Assembly: GCA_043228905.1 (NCBI GenBank)
Contig: JBHGNT010000016.1
Span: 4,774,001 to 4,838,000, forward strand
DNA: 64,000 bases
Reading direction: 5' to 3'
Origin: Azolla caroliniana
Lineage: Eukaryota > Plantae > Polypodiophyta
Each line of letters begins with the position of its first letter. Position 1 is the first letter of the stretch. The position numbers and the translations under genes were made by a program. Of the stretch, positions 51,545 through 64,000 are shown piece by piece. Under the pieces are notes generated by a model. That model was not told the DNA's origin, searched no databases, and was given only the letters and a program-made list of their open reading frames with translations.

Positions 51545-54500
51545 TATTGTCCTCAAAGGTCAAATATGACATATGGAACTAGAGTGAAACATTGGCATGT
51601 TGGAAATGAATTCTAGAATTGGGAATATACATTGTGATTGAAACTTAAATGTGTTTAACAAAATCTTAAGCTTCAAAAAGTCAAGAAAAGAAGCTAGAAT
51701 TTGGTAGAAGGTGAACAATGTACTAGAATGTGATCATTTGTGAATTTGTTTGCATTAAAATATGCAAGTTGACGAGTCAACTACTTGTTGGTACCCTAAT
51801 ACAAAAACTTGAGATAGCCAGGTAGATTTGATAATCAACCTTGGAGGTCAAATATGACCTATGATGCCCAAAATACAACATTTTCACATCATACATGGAA
51901 AAGTGAGTAACGACTCCCATTGTTTAGGAACTTACTAATGAATGTTCCAATTGAGAGTGCACATTATAATTTTGAGAGAAATTTGTGTAAGGATTGGGTT
52001 TTGTTGAAGATGTGTGGAAAACATAGTCAAATGTGATCAAACTCTTGAACCTATTTACAACAAAGTTTGCATAGTCAACTACTCTCATCCATTGTGCCCA
52101 ATTCCCCACCTGACAAATATAGTGAATGTGAGCTAAGTCGTATGGAAGCAATTGTAGACAATGGGATGTGATCTAATATCATGTGCGGCTTCCTCATTCA
52201 ACGAAGAATATCATTTTCTAGATAGGTGCAACCACATGTAACATAATGTGTGAAGCAAGAGCCGTCACATTTTCCCCATGCTATGATGTTGGTGTTGCAA
52301 AATGACCTCATTCATAAAGGAATCTATTGATGCATCATGAAGCAAATGGGTTACATGCCATTTTCCAAATCATTTTTGCATACCTTGCATCCAAATATAT
52401 CACAAAAATTTGTTGTTATGTACCGTTTGGATCTTTTTGCGTGGTTCCCATGCAATTCTAGGAAGTCAATATGATGCTCTTTTTTTAATCTTAAGCATGC
52501 ATTTGTCAACCCTTTTCATGGCCATGATCTCAATGGGAAGTGATTATGTTTGAAGACATTGGAGGTTTATGACATTTGTTTCTTGACTTGACTTGAGAAA
52601 CTTTGTGAGAAAATGTTTTTGGGAATTTTAAAACTTTTTCCCATTGGACTTAGGGAGAGAAGCACTAATGTCACTAAAGTGTTGAAAAGGTATTTCTTCT
52701 TCTTCTTCTTTTAAAGACATCCACGTTCATTAGAAACAATTTATAAAGTTATGATTCCTACATGATCGGCAAAGGAAACAACCATTTTGGTGACTCAAAG
52801 TGCCAAAAAGGAGTGTCATTCTTCGAGGACATAAGTGGAGAAGCTTTCCACAAAGTAAAAAACTCATGGCACTAAGCAACTTTATCATCAAAATCTCCAA
52901 TAATACAATCCCATTGACCCTTCAAAGTATGAAGCATGTCCAACCAAATACTATTTACCAATTCAGTTGGTGAGGCTCTAACTTGATGAAAAAGGAGAGA
53001 GCAACAAGCCTTCCAAATATAATATGTAGTATCTCAATATCTCCCATAATGGTTGCACCTCCTTCCTTACCCATAAAAACGGAAAGTTGCACATAAGTCA
53101 ATCACACTATTCCCATTGTGTTTTTTCTACATGGAAAACATAAGTGTCAGACCATAAGGATACAACACTTGCAATACACATTCTGATTCTATTACACATT
53201 TGTAAGAATAACTTCCCAATTTGATCTAAAACTTTTTCCTTAATAGAAGAGTATCCATACATTTGTATATCCTCTCCTCATACGACTCTATTGTTGTGCA
53301 TAAAGTAAACTTCTTGCACACGCATTTATGTCACAAAAGACAATAACTTCCCCCTTCCCTTGGCTTTGAAATAAGAAATATTATCTTCTAGAATTGTGAA
53401 GGGTTGGTCTTTGTCCAAAGTTTAAACATGCATAAAATTTAACATATTAATGAGAAATGTCACATCAAACTACAAATGTGAGCATATTACTTGGTGTTTA
53501 TATTTAAGGTTATATATAGCATTTATGCTCATCATTTTTTATGATCAACACATATTTCTCTAATTCCTTCTTAATTAAAAATATCACCCCTCCTTAGTTC
53601 TCGTCATTTTCTTGGATTTTTCAACCATATCAAGGAGTGTACATTGTAGTTGCCTAAACCTTGAAACCTTTAGAGTATCTTACTCTCAAGTTTCAACGAG
53701 AAGTATGATATTTGATACAATGGCTAACTCACCCATTTCAAGTCCTTGATTCCATCAGTATACCTTGTTATGACAAAAACATATGCATAGAAGATGTGAG
53801 TTATTCTCATAACTCACATGTCCCAATTAACCCTTTTTTTTTGTCTGTTGCCACATTCTTGACATTATCTTTCCATTTTTTCCCGTTTATTTATTTGTTA
53901 AACAAAACTACACCATAGTTTCCATTACCAATCCAATAAGCGTATAAAAAGCATATAATGATACAGTCTAATGGAGGGTAAGATAAGAGAGAAAAGGTCT
54001 ATCCCCCACTATGTCATAATTGAAACCAAACTCCACCTATGGAGGAAACAACCATTAAGGGGGTACATATTGGCAAACCATTTTGTCATTTCTCTCCACA
54101 AAGACGAACAAATCTGTCCACTTGCCTTTAAAGGATTGTTGTTTCAGAAAAATGGTATCTTCATTACCAGCAAAGGCGTCATACTTACCTTTTAAAATTG
54201 AAATAAGCATCAACCAAATTTCCTTCACACAATGAACCAAATTTTGCTTTATTTGCCGAAACATATTTTTGCATCGATCTATCCAAATATTCCACGGAAC
54301 CATTGATGATATCATAACCCATATTGTGGCATCCACATTTAACTGATTTGAGCTTGAATATGGTATGTCCTTAACTTGCCATAGGGGTACGCTAAACTAT
54401 TTTTGAGTATGATCTACCAATTTGTATCGTCTATCATTGTGCATAAACATTCACATCTAACATGCCATAATGCATAAGAAAGAATTCAATGATGACCTTT

Positions 54501-54960
54501 TTGAGGGATGCAAGTGTTTCCATATTCTCATATTAAATCCCACAAATGCAAATGTTCTTCAATCTCCATTTACATTCTCCCAATTCTTGGACATTGATAC
54601 TAGTCTTTCTACTTCATCTGTTGATTCATCACATGCATGATAAGCAATTTAGCGACAACATCACCATTGCATATAGGCCCACAACTTTGTTGTAGATACA
54701 TTTTTCATTTCATTCATTCACATCACGCCTCATTGTGTCCATTTTTTTCTCCATCATTGGTCATATAGCTCAATCTTGTTTAAACGTCCATTTGTTTTCA
54801 ACCAAACTTGTTTACATTCTCTAACCTCAGTGTCAAATTTTGTAATTGTTTCCTTAAGACTCTCACTCTCGAAAACAATGATTGTAGTTTTGCATTCTCC
54901 TTCATGAGTGCCCTAACCTCTTCACCCTGTGTGTGTGGTAACCATTCCCACACACCTGGA
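51541..54960 (-). mobile_element. Old decayed LINE-like element of a different family; boundaries approximate
   Basis: Minus-strand remnants resembling APE motifs (GEVIVFCDINA ~53330, GNSVIDL ~53100) and a coiled-coil ORF1-like stretch at ~54750-54930. Confidence 0.45.
53880..54400 (-). mobile_element. 5'-truncated LINE 3' fragment (ORF2 C-terminus)
   Basis: WVMISSMVPWNIWIDRCKNMF resembles the W.IW..RN...F motif at the L1 ORF2 C-terminus. Confidence 0.6.
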
Positions 54961-55269
54961 CATTGGATAGAAATTGAGGAAAGCTTATTTTAAGGAAAGG
55001 GTCAAAAAAATACTTAGAGAAGGGACTATAGCTCTCATTAGTTATAATAATAATTATTATCTTAATCTTATCTTAAGACCCAAGCCTTAAGTATTAATCT
55101 TAAATATTTGGGTCAATGGTTGCAACTCTAGAAGAGTATACTCACCCCCTTAATTGGGTGCTCATTTCTTTCTTTGCTTTCTTTGACTATTGTGTTATGC
55201 ACTTCAACATCTATATTTAAGTGATTTGACATGTTAGATTATGACTTGACATTTGGGATGTGTGTGCTT

Positions 55270-55531
55270 AAGCGTTAAGTTTAGAGTTTGCTAGTAAGCT
55301 TAGGCATGGATTGACACTCATCCCTACTTGTCCCACCAATAATAGAGCAAATGTTGTTGCTTATGACACACAACAATCATTCTTTCTGAAAGTATCAATA
55401 AGCATTAAGTTTAGAGTTTGCTAGTAAGCTTAGGCATGGATTGACACTCATCCCTACTTGTCCCACCAATAATAGAGCAAATGTTGTTGCTTATGACACA
55501 CAATGATCATTCTTGCTGAAAGTATCAATAA
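55270..55531. repeat. Near-identical tandem duplication, 130-bp period
   Basis: TAAGTTTAGAGTTTGCTAG...GAAAGTATCAATAA occurs twice. Confidence 0.93.
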
Positions 55532-55856
55532 TGTAGACATGTTGACTTATGTATGTACTATCATTTGACCAATTATCAGTTGTCTTGGGATGGATATATC
55601 ATAGACGTGGATGTTATCTAGCATTTATTGGAAAGGCAACTAGTTACATTTAACGTTTCCTCTTGACATGATAAGTTTTGCCAAGTTCTTGGGTCACCAA
55701 TAGGACAATTTTACAAGACTCTCTAATATAGTCAACGTTTTTCCTTCAATTGTCATTCCCTTTCACCGGAGGTTGGATGGAGCTCATGTTTCTGCATTGC
55801 CCTCCCTTGTGTTTGTAAACATTATACATACATGCATGCACACATACATATAATGC

Positions 55857-55897
<41 letters not shown>

Positions 55898-55911
55898 CGT
55901 ACATAACAATC

Positions 55912-56450
55912 GGCAATGGTTCAGTTCGGTTCGCAAGTGTCAAACTCAAATAGTTTAAAACCAAAGTGTTTAAAATTTTGAAACAACCGAACCAAACCAA
56001 TACAAAAAATCCAAAACGTTAAACCATTAAAATCGTAGTTTCACAGGTCGGTTTCAGTTTCCAAGTTAGGTCAAATTTCAAGTTAAATTTTTTTCCAATA
56101 TTCCAAAATTTAAAGGTTTTTCTAAAATGTGAGAATTAGGCTTAAAAATAATCAGATGGCAACTCTAAACCGTTTAAACCAAACCGTTGGCCCCCAAACT
56201 GAACCGAACCATTAAAAAAACTTGAACTTGAACCGAACCGAACCCTGTAAACTGTTAAGCCCTTTAGCCATGGTTTCACGGTCCAGTTTGGTTCAAACCA
56301 AAGTGAACCGTGTAAACTGTTAAGCCCTTTAGCCATGGTTTGACTGTTCAGTTTGGTTCAAACCAAATTCTTGTTGATTGCTATACGGGGCTTAGCCATG
56401 GTTTGACAGTTGAGTTTGGTTCAAACCAAACTGTTGTCAATTGCTATACG
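55912..56450. repeat. AACC/GGTT-rich non-autonomous element with internal ~65-bp repeats, upstream of the THUMP gene
   Basis: Repeated TTAGCCATGGTTT...GTTTGGTTCAAACCAAA; many GAACCG motifs. Confidence 0.55.
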
Positions 56451-56532
56451 CACACACGTATATATCCTCATACAATGTATACATACATACATACATACCA
56501 TAATATACATACACATACATACAGACATATAG

Positions 56533-56565
<33 letters not shown>

Positions 56566-56790
56566 TAAATTCAATGCACACATACATACCGATACAATGT
56601 ATACATGCATACGATGCATGCATACATACTGAAGTCTGATATACATACTGATACAATGTATGTATACATACATACGATGCATACATACATACCATAGTGT
56701 ACATACACATATACATACATACATACATACATACATACAGAAACACATACAAACGCTCACACAGACAGACAGACAGACATATATACAGAA
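56450..56790. repeat. Compound (CATA)n/(CA)n/(GACA)n microsatellite just 5' of the THUMP ATG
   Basis: Direct reading. Confidence 0.9.
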
Positions 56791-56821
56791 AGAACGAAAG
56801 AAAGCTCGAGCTGCTGCAGCG

Positions 56822-57267
56822 ATGGCGCCTGAGAGGTCGTCGACGAACCCTCCCCAAGGTCGCGGCAAGAAGCGTCAATCCAAATACATTCAACAGGTTT
56901 CTTTCCTTCCTTCCTCTTACAGCCTCTCCCCCCCCTCCAGATTTCTACTCTCTCCGTCTTTCTTTCTTACGCACTCTGCTGTATGTTTTTGCCTCCCTTC
57001 TCTCTCCTCCCCTTCCTCCCCTTCCTCTCCCGTATCTCCTCTATGTCCCCCCCTTCCTCTTTTCTGTTTCCGCTCAACCATCACCTTTTGTCTTGTCCGT
57101 TTTACGGAGTTTCAGAACTCGAAGAGGAGAAAAGAATTGGAGCTTCGAGCAGGTCTGCAAGGCTTTCTTATCACTTGTGATGGTGGACGAGAACGGTTGA
57201 GCTGCAGAGAAGCAGTTCTGCTTGTTGAACGTGTGAGTAATCTCTGCTTTATCATTTTTGCTTTTGC

Positions 57268-57303
<36 letters not shown>

Positions 57304-60300
57304 AAGAAAGAAAGATATATTAACGTCTTCTAAGGCCAAAATTGGCCCATGAGACAAATGGTGTACAACAAAAATGGGATATTTACCCATTCATCGAAAG
57401 TAAAAATAAGAGAGAGAGAGAGACATAGAGTTGGTGGTAATAGTATGAAGCTAAAAGTGTCCACCTCGGTACAGTCTAAACTTAGCGCTTGAATGCAGAA
57501 GCTTGAACTGTTCTTGTTGAACAGGGAGTCATTGACTCCTATTTCACATTTCTCTATGAACAGGGAGTCATTGCCTCATATTTCACATTTCTCTATAAGA
57601 AATGTGAAATCAAATGAAAGAAAAGATAGACTGAATGCTCTAGACATAAAAGTAGAATTTTTGTTTAAAAGCTTCAAATGCTCCGAGAACAGTATTCTGT
57701 TACTGAACTCTTGGGTTTGTTTTTCATTCTTACAATGCTTGAATACAGAGAATGTGTGTTTGTTTAATCAACCCGAATAGATCAGTTGACATGTGGATTA
57801 AAATGAGCTCAGAACTTTTAGGCTGCTTATAAATTCTGTGAATGTTTCTTCTTAGTATGCTTGATCAGAGGATGTGCATGTGTAGTAAATGTTCTTTGAA
57901 ACAACTGGTTATAAAAGTGTGTACCACTCATTGTTGCAAGAATAGTTTTATGAGAACATGTAGAGCATGTATTTCAGTGAAACTGAACGCTTTCTGAATC
58001 ATTATTGCACTGCCAGTTTTATGAAAAATTGAACAGTAGCTCCAGTCAACTGAAGAATTTGGATGATATTCAAGGGAAAGCCGATGGTGCACCAAAAGTT
58101 TCTGTTAATGCTGTTGAAGAAAAAGTTGATGATGCCCTGGAAGTTTCTTTGGATAATATTGAAGGGAAAGCTGATGAGAAAGTTTCAAGGGATGCTGACA
58201 CCTGTAGCCTTGATCATGTAAAAAATGATGAGGTTGTATCTGTTGCTCTGAAAAAAGAGGAAGAAGTTGATAGTACAAAGAAGAAGGAAAATAGTGATGG
58301 TGGCAGCATAACACTGCAAACTACAAACATTGAAGCACTTTTAGAAGAAGAGATGGCTGAACTGCGAGATAAGAAACAGGTAGTGTTTCCATAGCTATGA
58401 TAGAGATCACATAAATCAAGGAATTAGCACCTTCGGTGCTTATATTGGATTTGAAGTTTTTATTTGTTTGCAGCTTACCTTGTTGATAAAGATAATCAGA
58501 AATAGGTAGTTTAAATAGAGTAAATGCCTCTTGGAGCTGTTGTTCTTCCATTGTGATAGGTTTATGTGTAAAACAATTGTCTCTGGTCCTTTTTATAATA
58601 CATGATAATCGTGCTTCTCACTTGTCTTAAATGTACCTGCATATTTGTAATTTGGAATCTTTATTGATGTCATTATTAGGATAACATAGTTTTTATTCTT
58701 GGTAGAATTGCAACTCCAAAGGCATTTCTGGCCAAATTTCTGTCCAGTTTAAATTTTTGTCTGAGCACTTATATAATGTAGGCAGAATGTAAAATATAAA
58801 AATTACCAATCCTTCTCAATCCTATTTTTTTAGAAATCCCTATTCCAAGTTCTAGAACAAATTAAACTACATGCAGAGTTAATATAAAGGATTAGTTTAT
58901 CAAAAGAGCAGACAAAAGAGATGGCATGACGATGATGTAATCCTGGTATCTGAATTTGGGTTTCAGGCTCGTTTTACTAGTCTAGAAACTGGATGTGCTG
59001 CGTTAGTCTTCGTAAGAATGTTGAAGGATGATACCAGCAGTGGGCCAAATGAAGTTGTCAATGCCATAATTGATGATTGTATGCATAAAAAGCGGCCTCT
59101 TACAAGGTAGTGTCTATCTGCTATTTTTCTTAACATTTCCAAATTTGAAACTTTATTTGTCAAGTAGGGATCATATCTATGATTTGTAAATTAGAGATGT
59201 ATAAACAACTCAAAATTATTCCAGACTAATATCATATATGCTGGTGACATGATATATAATGTTCATTGTATGGGCATGATCACCATATTTGATCTGTTGA
59301 TTATCACTCTCTTTATTTGGTCATTATACTATTATCCTGTTTTAGTTGTGCATGTGGTGTGTGTCATTCTATAAAAGTGAATAAAAATGAATTCAGATTT
59401 TCATGTCATTGATTCTGTCTGTTGTGCATTTCCTAATGTTGATCTTAAATGCAACTAATCATTTATCTATATTTCAATGGTTGGGATGAAAATATTCCAT
59501 TTCTTATTGAGTAGCCCTCTTTAAACCTTACATGCTAACAGTCTCCTATCATTCTTATGGTATCCAGGTATTGTTTAAGATTTCTCCCAATACAAGGAAC
59601 ATGTTATGCTTCTGCTGAGGAAGTAATGAAGATGGCAGAACCACTTCTAACGCATCACTTTCCAGTTTGTGAAAAGGATAAAGCCCTCAAGGTCAGCAAT
59701 ACTACTTGGTTTGATTAGGTATCTTTTGTTTGATGTGTAGATGTTGACATAGCTTTCCTCTATTTACTTACCAGTTTGCAGTTGTATATGAAGCACGTGC
59801 CAACACAAGTTTGGACAGAATGGAAATCATCAAAACGGTGGCAAAATTAGTTCCAGAACCTCATTCAGTGGATCTCAAGAATCCTGATAAAACTATTATT
59901 GTACAAATAGTGAAGGTGTGATAAGTTCATTTTAATAGTGCATTCATTAAAGGGAAAACTCTGAAATGCATGCGCTATTATTTCCCCAGATGTTGGTCTG
60001 CTCCCCAAAGCAATTGTATGTGCTATTTGAGGAGTTTTATGGTCATAATCATTCTCCTTGCTCTCTATTTCTGGGTTGATCAAGGGCCATATATGGAGAT
60101 AATAACAAAAACTCAAGGCCATTTGGGGAAATATAGAAGAACTTGGGGGTGTTGTAGAGTATTTCCTTCATTAATTGACATGCTGATTGACAGTTGTTTT
60201 TAGAGTGACATTGAAAATGTTTTATGCTGACTTTGTTTGCTAATTATGTTATTGTAATGCTTCTGCTTTCAGACAATTTGTGCAATCGGAGTGGTCACAA

Positions 60301-60386
60301 ATTACAAACAGTATTCCAAGTATAACATAAGGCAATTGACTTCCCCAACTTCCCTAGAACAAGAGAATACTGCAGATACTGAGTGA
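56822..60386 (+). CDS. THUMPD1: THUMP domain protein (THUMPD1/Tan1-like), 357 aa; exons 56822-56896, 57116-57232, 58017-58379, 58967-59106, 59568-59691, 59775-59915, 60273-60386
   Basis: GLQGFLITCDGGRE, RYCLRFLPIQGTCYA, FAVVYEARAN, HSVDLKNPDKTIIVQIVK, KYNIRQL; GT-AG introns in phase; 1074 nt. Confidence 0.92.
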
Positions 60387-61362
60387 TTATGTATGAGAAT
60401 GTCAGGTGATGCATATTGAAGATGAGAAATGAGACGCATTCACTATTCTCTCGAGCCTTTTTTCAGATATTTATATCTCCTCTCCCTTTTTTGTATCACT
60501 CTTAAGAACATTTTTAAATCAGCGCGCTAAATGATCCCATTGCTTCGAAAAAGTTGGAAGCAGAGTTTGCATTATAGAAATCAATAAGAGGTTTGTTTTA
60601 TATTTATATTGCAATATACATTCCTGCTATGTGTATTTGGAGACTGTTTTCTCATTCTGAATATGTTGTGTAGGAAAAAACCATTCCATTCAATTAGACT
60701 GTAAAACTTGTCAAAATGTTTATTAGTACTCCAGTGGGAAACCAGGAGGAAACTGGAAAACTTTAAAACCCATTCCTTCCAATCTGTTTTCATGAGCCAA
60801 TTTGCTATCTATGCCAGGGTTTCTTGTTGGCATATATTGAAAACGAGTAGAGAGGTATTGGTTTGTTCATCGGATATATTACAGCCAAAAAAAAGAAATA
60901 TTTTATGAAACATATCTTAATCAACATGTCCTTCTAAGCTCATGAAAGATTGATTACTTATGCTTGTTTCAATGGCTTTTATGTATCATCAATACATTGG
61001 AACTTGGAAGGTAGATCAAGAAATTCCTTTGCTTTGATGGAGTGAACCATTGTTCCCTTTGCTTTTTTGTATAGTTGGAAAAAGATGAAAGTCACTGATA
61101 CGAAATTTAATGCGAGTTTTTTTGTATTTGATGGTTAAGCTAACCTATTCATACAATTGAGTGGACATGATATTTGCCTTTCAAAGGCAAATGGTCACAT
61201 GCTTTTGCTCGAAGTTTTTGACACTACTATGAGCTGTGTCAAAACTTCAAATCTGAGATGTGACGTCATTTTCTTCATGGGGTATGACAAAAAATGGTAG
61301 CATGATGTGCTTATCTTGAAGTTTCATAGCCTTCTGATATGAGATCATATGTATAATATATG

Positions 61363-62687
61363 CTACAAGAATTCTCCTTGTATTTTTGCCAATTGTAGCA
61401 CAATTGTATATATTAGTTGAGACGCTCCCACAATAATGGCGATAATTTCCAATACTTTCTGACAAATTTGGAGAAGCAGTGTTAGTGGTAATGTACATTA
61501 ACCTTAAGCTAGTAAAAGAAGAGTGTGTTGATGTTGAAAGTTTTGTTTTTACCAATGCCGTGTGTCTAAATACTCCTTCATGGATCTCCTTAGAAGCAAA
61601 CCTGAAACAAGAAATAATTCCAAGGATTAAGTTGAAGTTTAGTTAGTAATCAGATACAAGAATGAGAAAAGGGGTGATGCTGATTAGGGTGGTGAAATAA
61701 TCAATTCAATGTGTGTTTGGGCCATCACACATTTAATGCTGATAAATTAGGATATAATGTGTGTTCTTTGTATGTTTGTGTTATTTTATGCTTACAACAT
61801 TCACGGTCCTAAGTAGATGGAATTTAAATCTATAATTTTGTTGAAAGAAGTTTTGGGATTTACCACATTATTTATGCGCTAAATGCATACGCAGGAATTT
61901 GAGATTGTGCTTTTGACCAACACAAGGGTTTTAGTATTCTATGTGAACTGCACAGAAGTATATGAGATGTTTATCTAAATCCATATTCTGTTCAGCGGCA
62001 ATAATATATATGCTCTAAAAATCCATACAAAAGAGTTTTGGGTGACAATACACAAACAAAGAACTCGCAATCTTTGAAAATAAAGGAAACTTTGATAGGA
62101 AGGATATGGGTGTTTTTGTATTACATAGAGCATGGGGTAATAGACATGCAAATATACTAAGATACATGATATGTATATTGTTGTTTAGTGATTGTACCCA
62201 AGGGCCTCAAAGGTGAGGATGAGAGACATTGCAGAAACAGCAGCACTACTACTAAAGCTCTCCAGAGTCCATGTTGTGATGTGATCCAATCCACTCAGCA
62301 TCGAACCCATGCCGACTGCCCCGGCCACCAATGCAAATACAAGAAAATACCTTGTCACCGTAATGTTCCCTGTCACTTAAATACATCAAACACACACATA
62401 TCATGATGCACATCAATACCAACCATAGCATAAAGTATGTATCAAAATACACAAACAGTCAAATAAAACAAAACCAGAAAACAAAGATTTTCTCACAAGA
62501 GCACATATTATGAGCCAAGATCAATACCATATTATGAGTATATTCTCTCTATATATATACCTTTGGTGGCGTTGTTGGTATTGATGAAGGTGTTGTGAAG
62601 AGCCCATGCAGCCAAGACCAAGACAATGATGTGGAGCAAAGAGTTGAGGATTAGAAGAGGCCATGTGAAGACTCGTGGGTTGGCCAT
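61363..62687 (-). CDS. AWPM-19-like membrane protein, 147 aa; exons 62687-62561, 62369-62198, 61601-61553, 61458-61363
   Basis: LLILNSLLHIIVLVLAAWAL, GNITVTRYFLVFALVAGAVG, GFASKEIH, KVLEIIAIIVGASQLIY; four hydrophobic segments; GT-AG introns in phase. Confidence 0.85.
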
Positions 62688-64000
62688 CGTTTACATGTAT
62701 GAGTTATGGAGAGAGAAAAGAAAAAAGAGCAGAAAAGAGAGAGAGAGAGACTGCATCCCCGCCTATATTCATTCACAACGGCCTCCATTCATCTAATCAA
62801 TCAATACATATGAAGGCGACGAAGAAGAAGGGCTTTCTTTTCACACTTCCTAGCATTGTAAGTTATTAACAAGAAGAGGTCTTACACACACACAAACTGG
62901 TTAAGGACTCTCCCAAACATATTTTTTGGCTTCTAATGAATCCAAATGGAATTGATAGGCTTGGTTGTTTGGTTTTATGGTAATCCAAGAATTCAATAAT
63001 CACCACAAATATATCAACGTTCGTGTAATTGGTAGTGTGATCCATAAACTGAATGTTTTAATATCTCGTCAAAATTCTAGGTATTTGATGGGGGGTATCG
63101 TAGTGATGATGATGTATCTCAATACAACACTTCATATGAAAAATCTTTCATACTGTAGTTTGATAGTTTGGATGGCCTTTAACAAGTAAAAATACCAAGT
63201 AAAGGAAAAAGTGATGTTGCCTATCTTAGGGTTGCAAGTGTTTGTTTATGGGTTTAGAACTCTCTCAAGGTGGGGTGGAGTTTTGTGAAATGCGCAAGTG
63301 CATGGAGTGTGATTCCAATGGTCCTTGCAAATGATGTAGTGGGATTTCAGCCCATTGTTATGGTACTAGTTTTAACTTTTAAGCCAACTTGTAATGAGAA
63401 TAACAAATAACACTAACACTAATAACATAGAAGAGTTAGGCAAGCACTCTTTGTCATCATTACAATAGAGGGAGGGTACTAAAATGAAAAAACAAAAGGC
63501 CCAAAAAGTCAAAGTGAATGAAACACAAAATGTGTATTCCTATGTGGTGTATAGTGTCATGTATCATGATTGAGGTTTATGTCCATAAGAACATGAACAT
63601 GGAGAAAGAATATTTGGTTTCATTTTTAATCCTTTCTCCTAGCCATAAATAAAGATGACATCTAGACCAATGAGCTTTGTCTAAACAAAGAATGCATCAA
63701 TTAAGATGGTATGAAAGTTCTTGTTGGTTTTGGAAAGTTGCTAGTATCTTCAAGGTCACTCTAAGAATTAGTGTAATTGATTTTTGAGGATAGTCCATGT
63801 GGAGACATCCGTTAATACAAAGTTTGGGCACATGCATTATCATATATTACTAAGAAATGCTAGTATTGCCCCATGCAAGGGAGGTGAATATGCTCTTATA
63901 AAGAAAACATTGCACACTACATTTGTTTTGAAGGCATTCGGTAATCTACAAATGTCTTACCTATTAAGTATATACCGAGAAATATTTGACTCACTAGTAA

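Overview
Eukaryotic land-plant genomic DNA: AT-rich host sequence with spliceosomal introns. The TE families look like those of seed-free plants such as ferns, but that is inference. Four intact intron-containing host genes flank a ~41 kb retroelement block (about 14.1-55.0 kb): ubiquitin-RPL40 fusion, GDP-mannose pyrophosphorylase (VTC1/CYT1-like, 361 aa), THUMPD1/Tan1-like and AWPM-19-like. The block resolves into a five-layer nest with a TSD visible for each of the four LTR insertions: L1/Tx1-type LINE > Copia A (ATCCA) > Gypsy B (ACGA) > Copia D (CTTAC) > Gypsy C inside the 5' LTR of D (CCGT). A second LINE of the same family follows and carries a solo LTR. Two observations stand out. (1) Both Gypsy copies have a Gag-Pro | -1 | RT-RH-IN layout with a conserved G GAT TTT slippery site, a 6-nt spacer and a predicted covarying pseudoknot, plus a tRNA-Trp PBS, 4-bp CG-centred TSDs, and DHG protease and FLDD RT motifs. 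(2) The LINE family sits in (GA)n microsatellites, and one copy has a near full-length 5' inversion with twin-priming geometry. All coordinates and divergences were read by eye; no searches were run.
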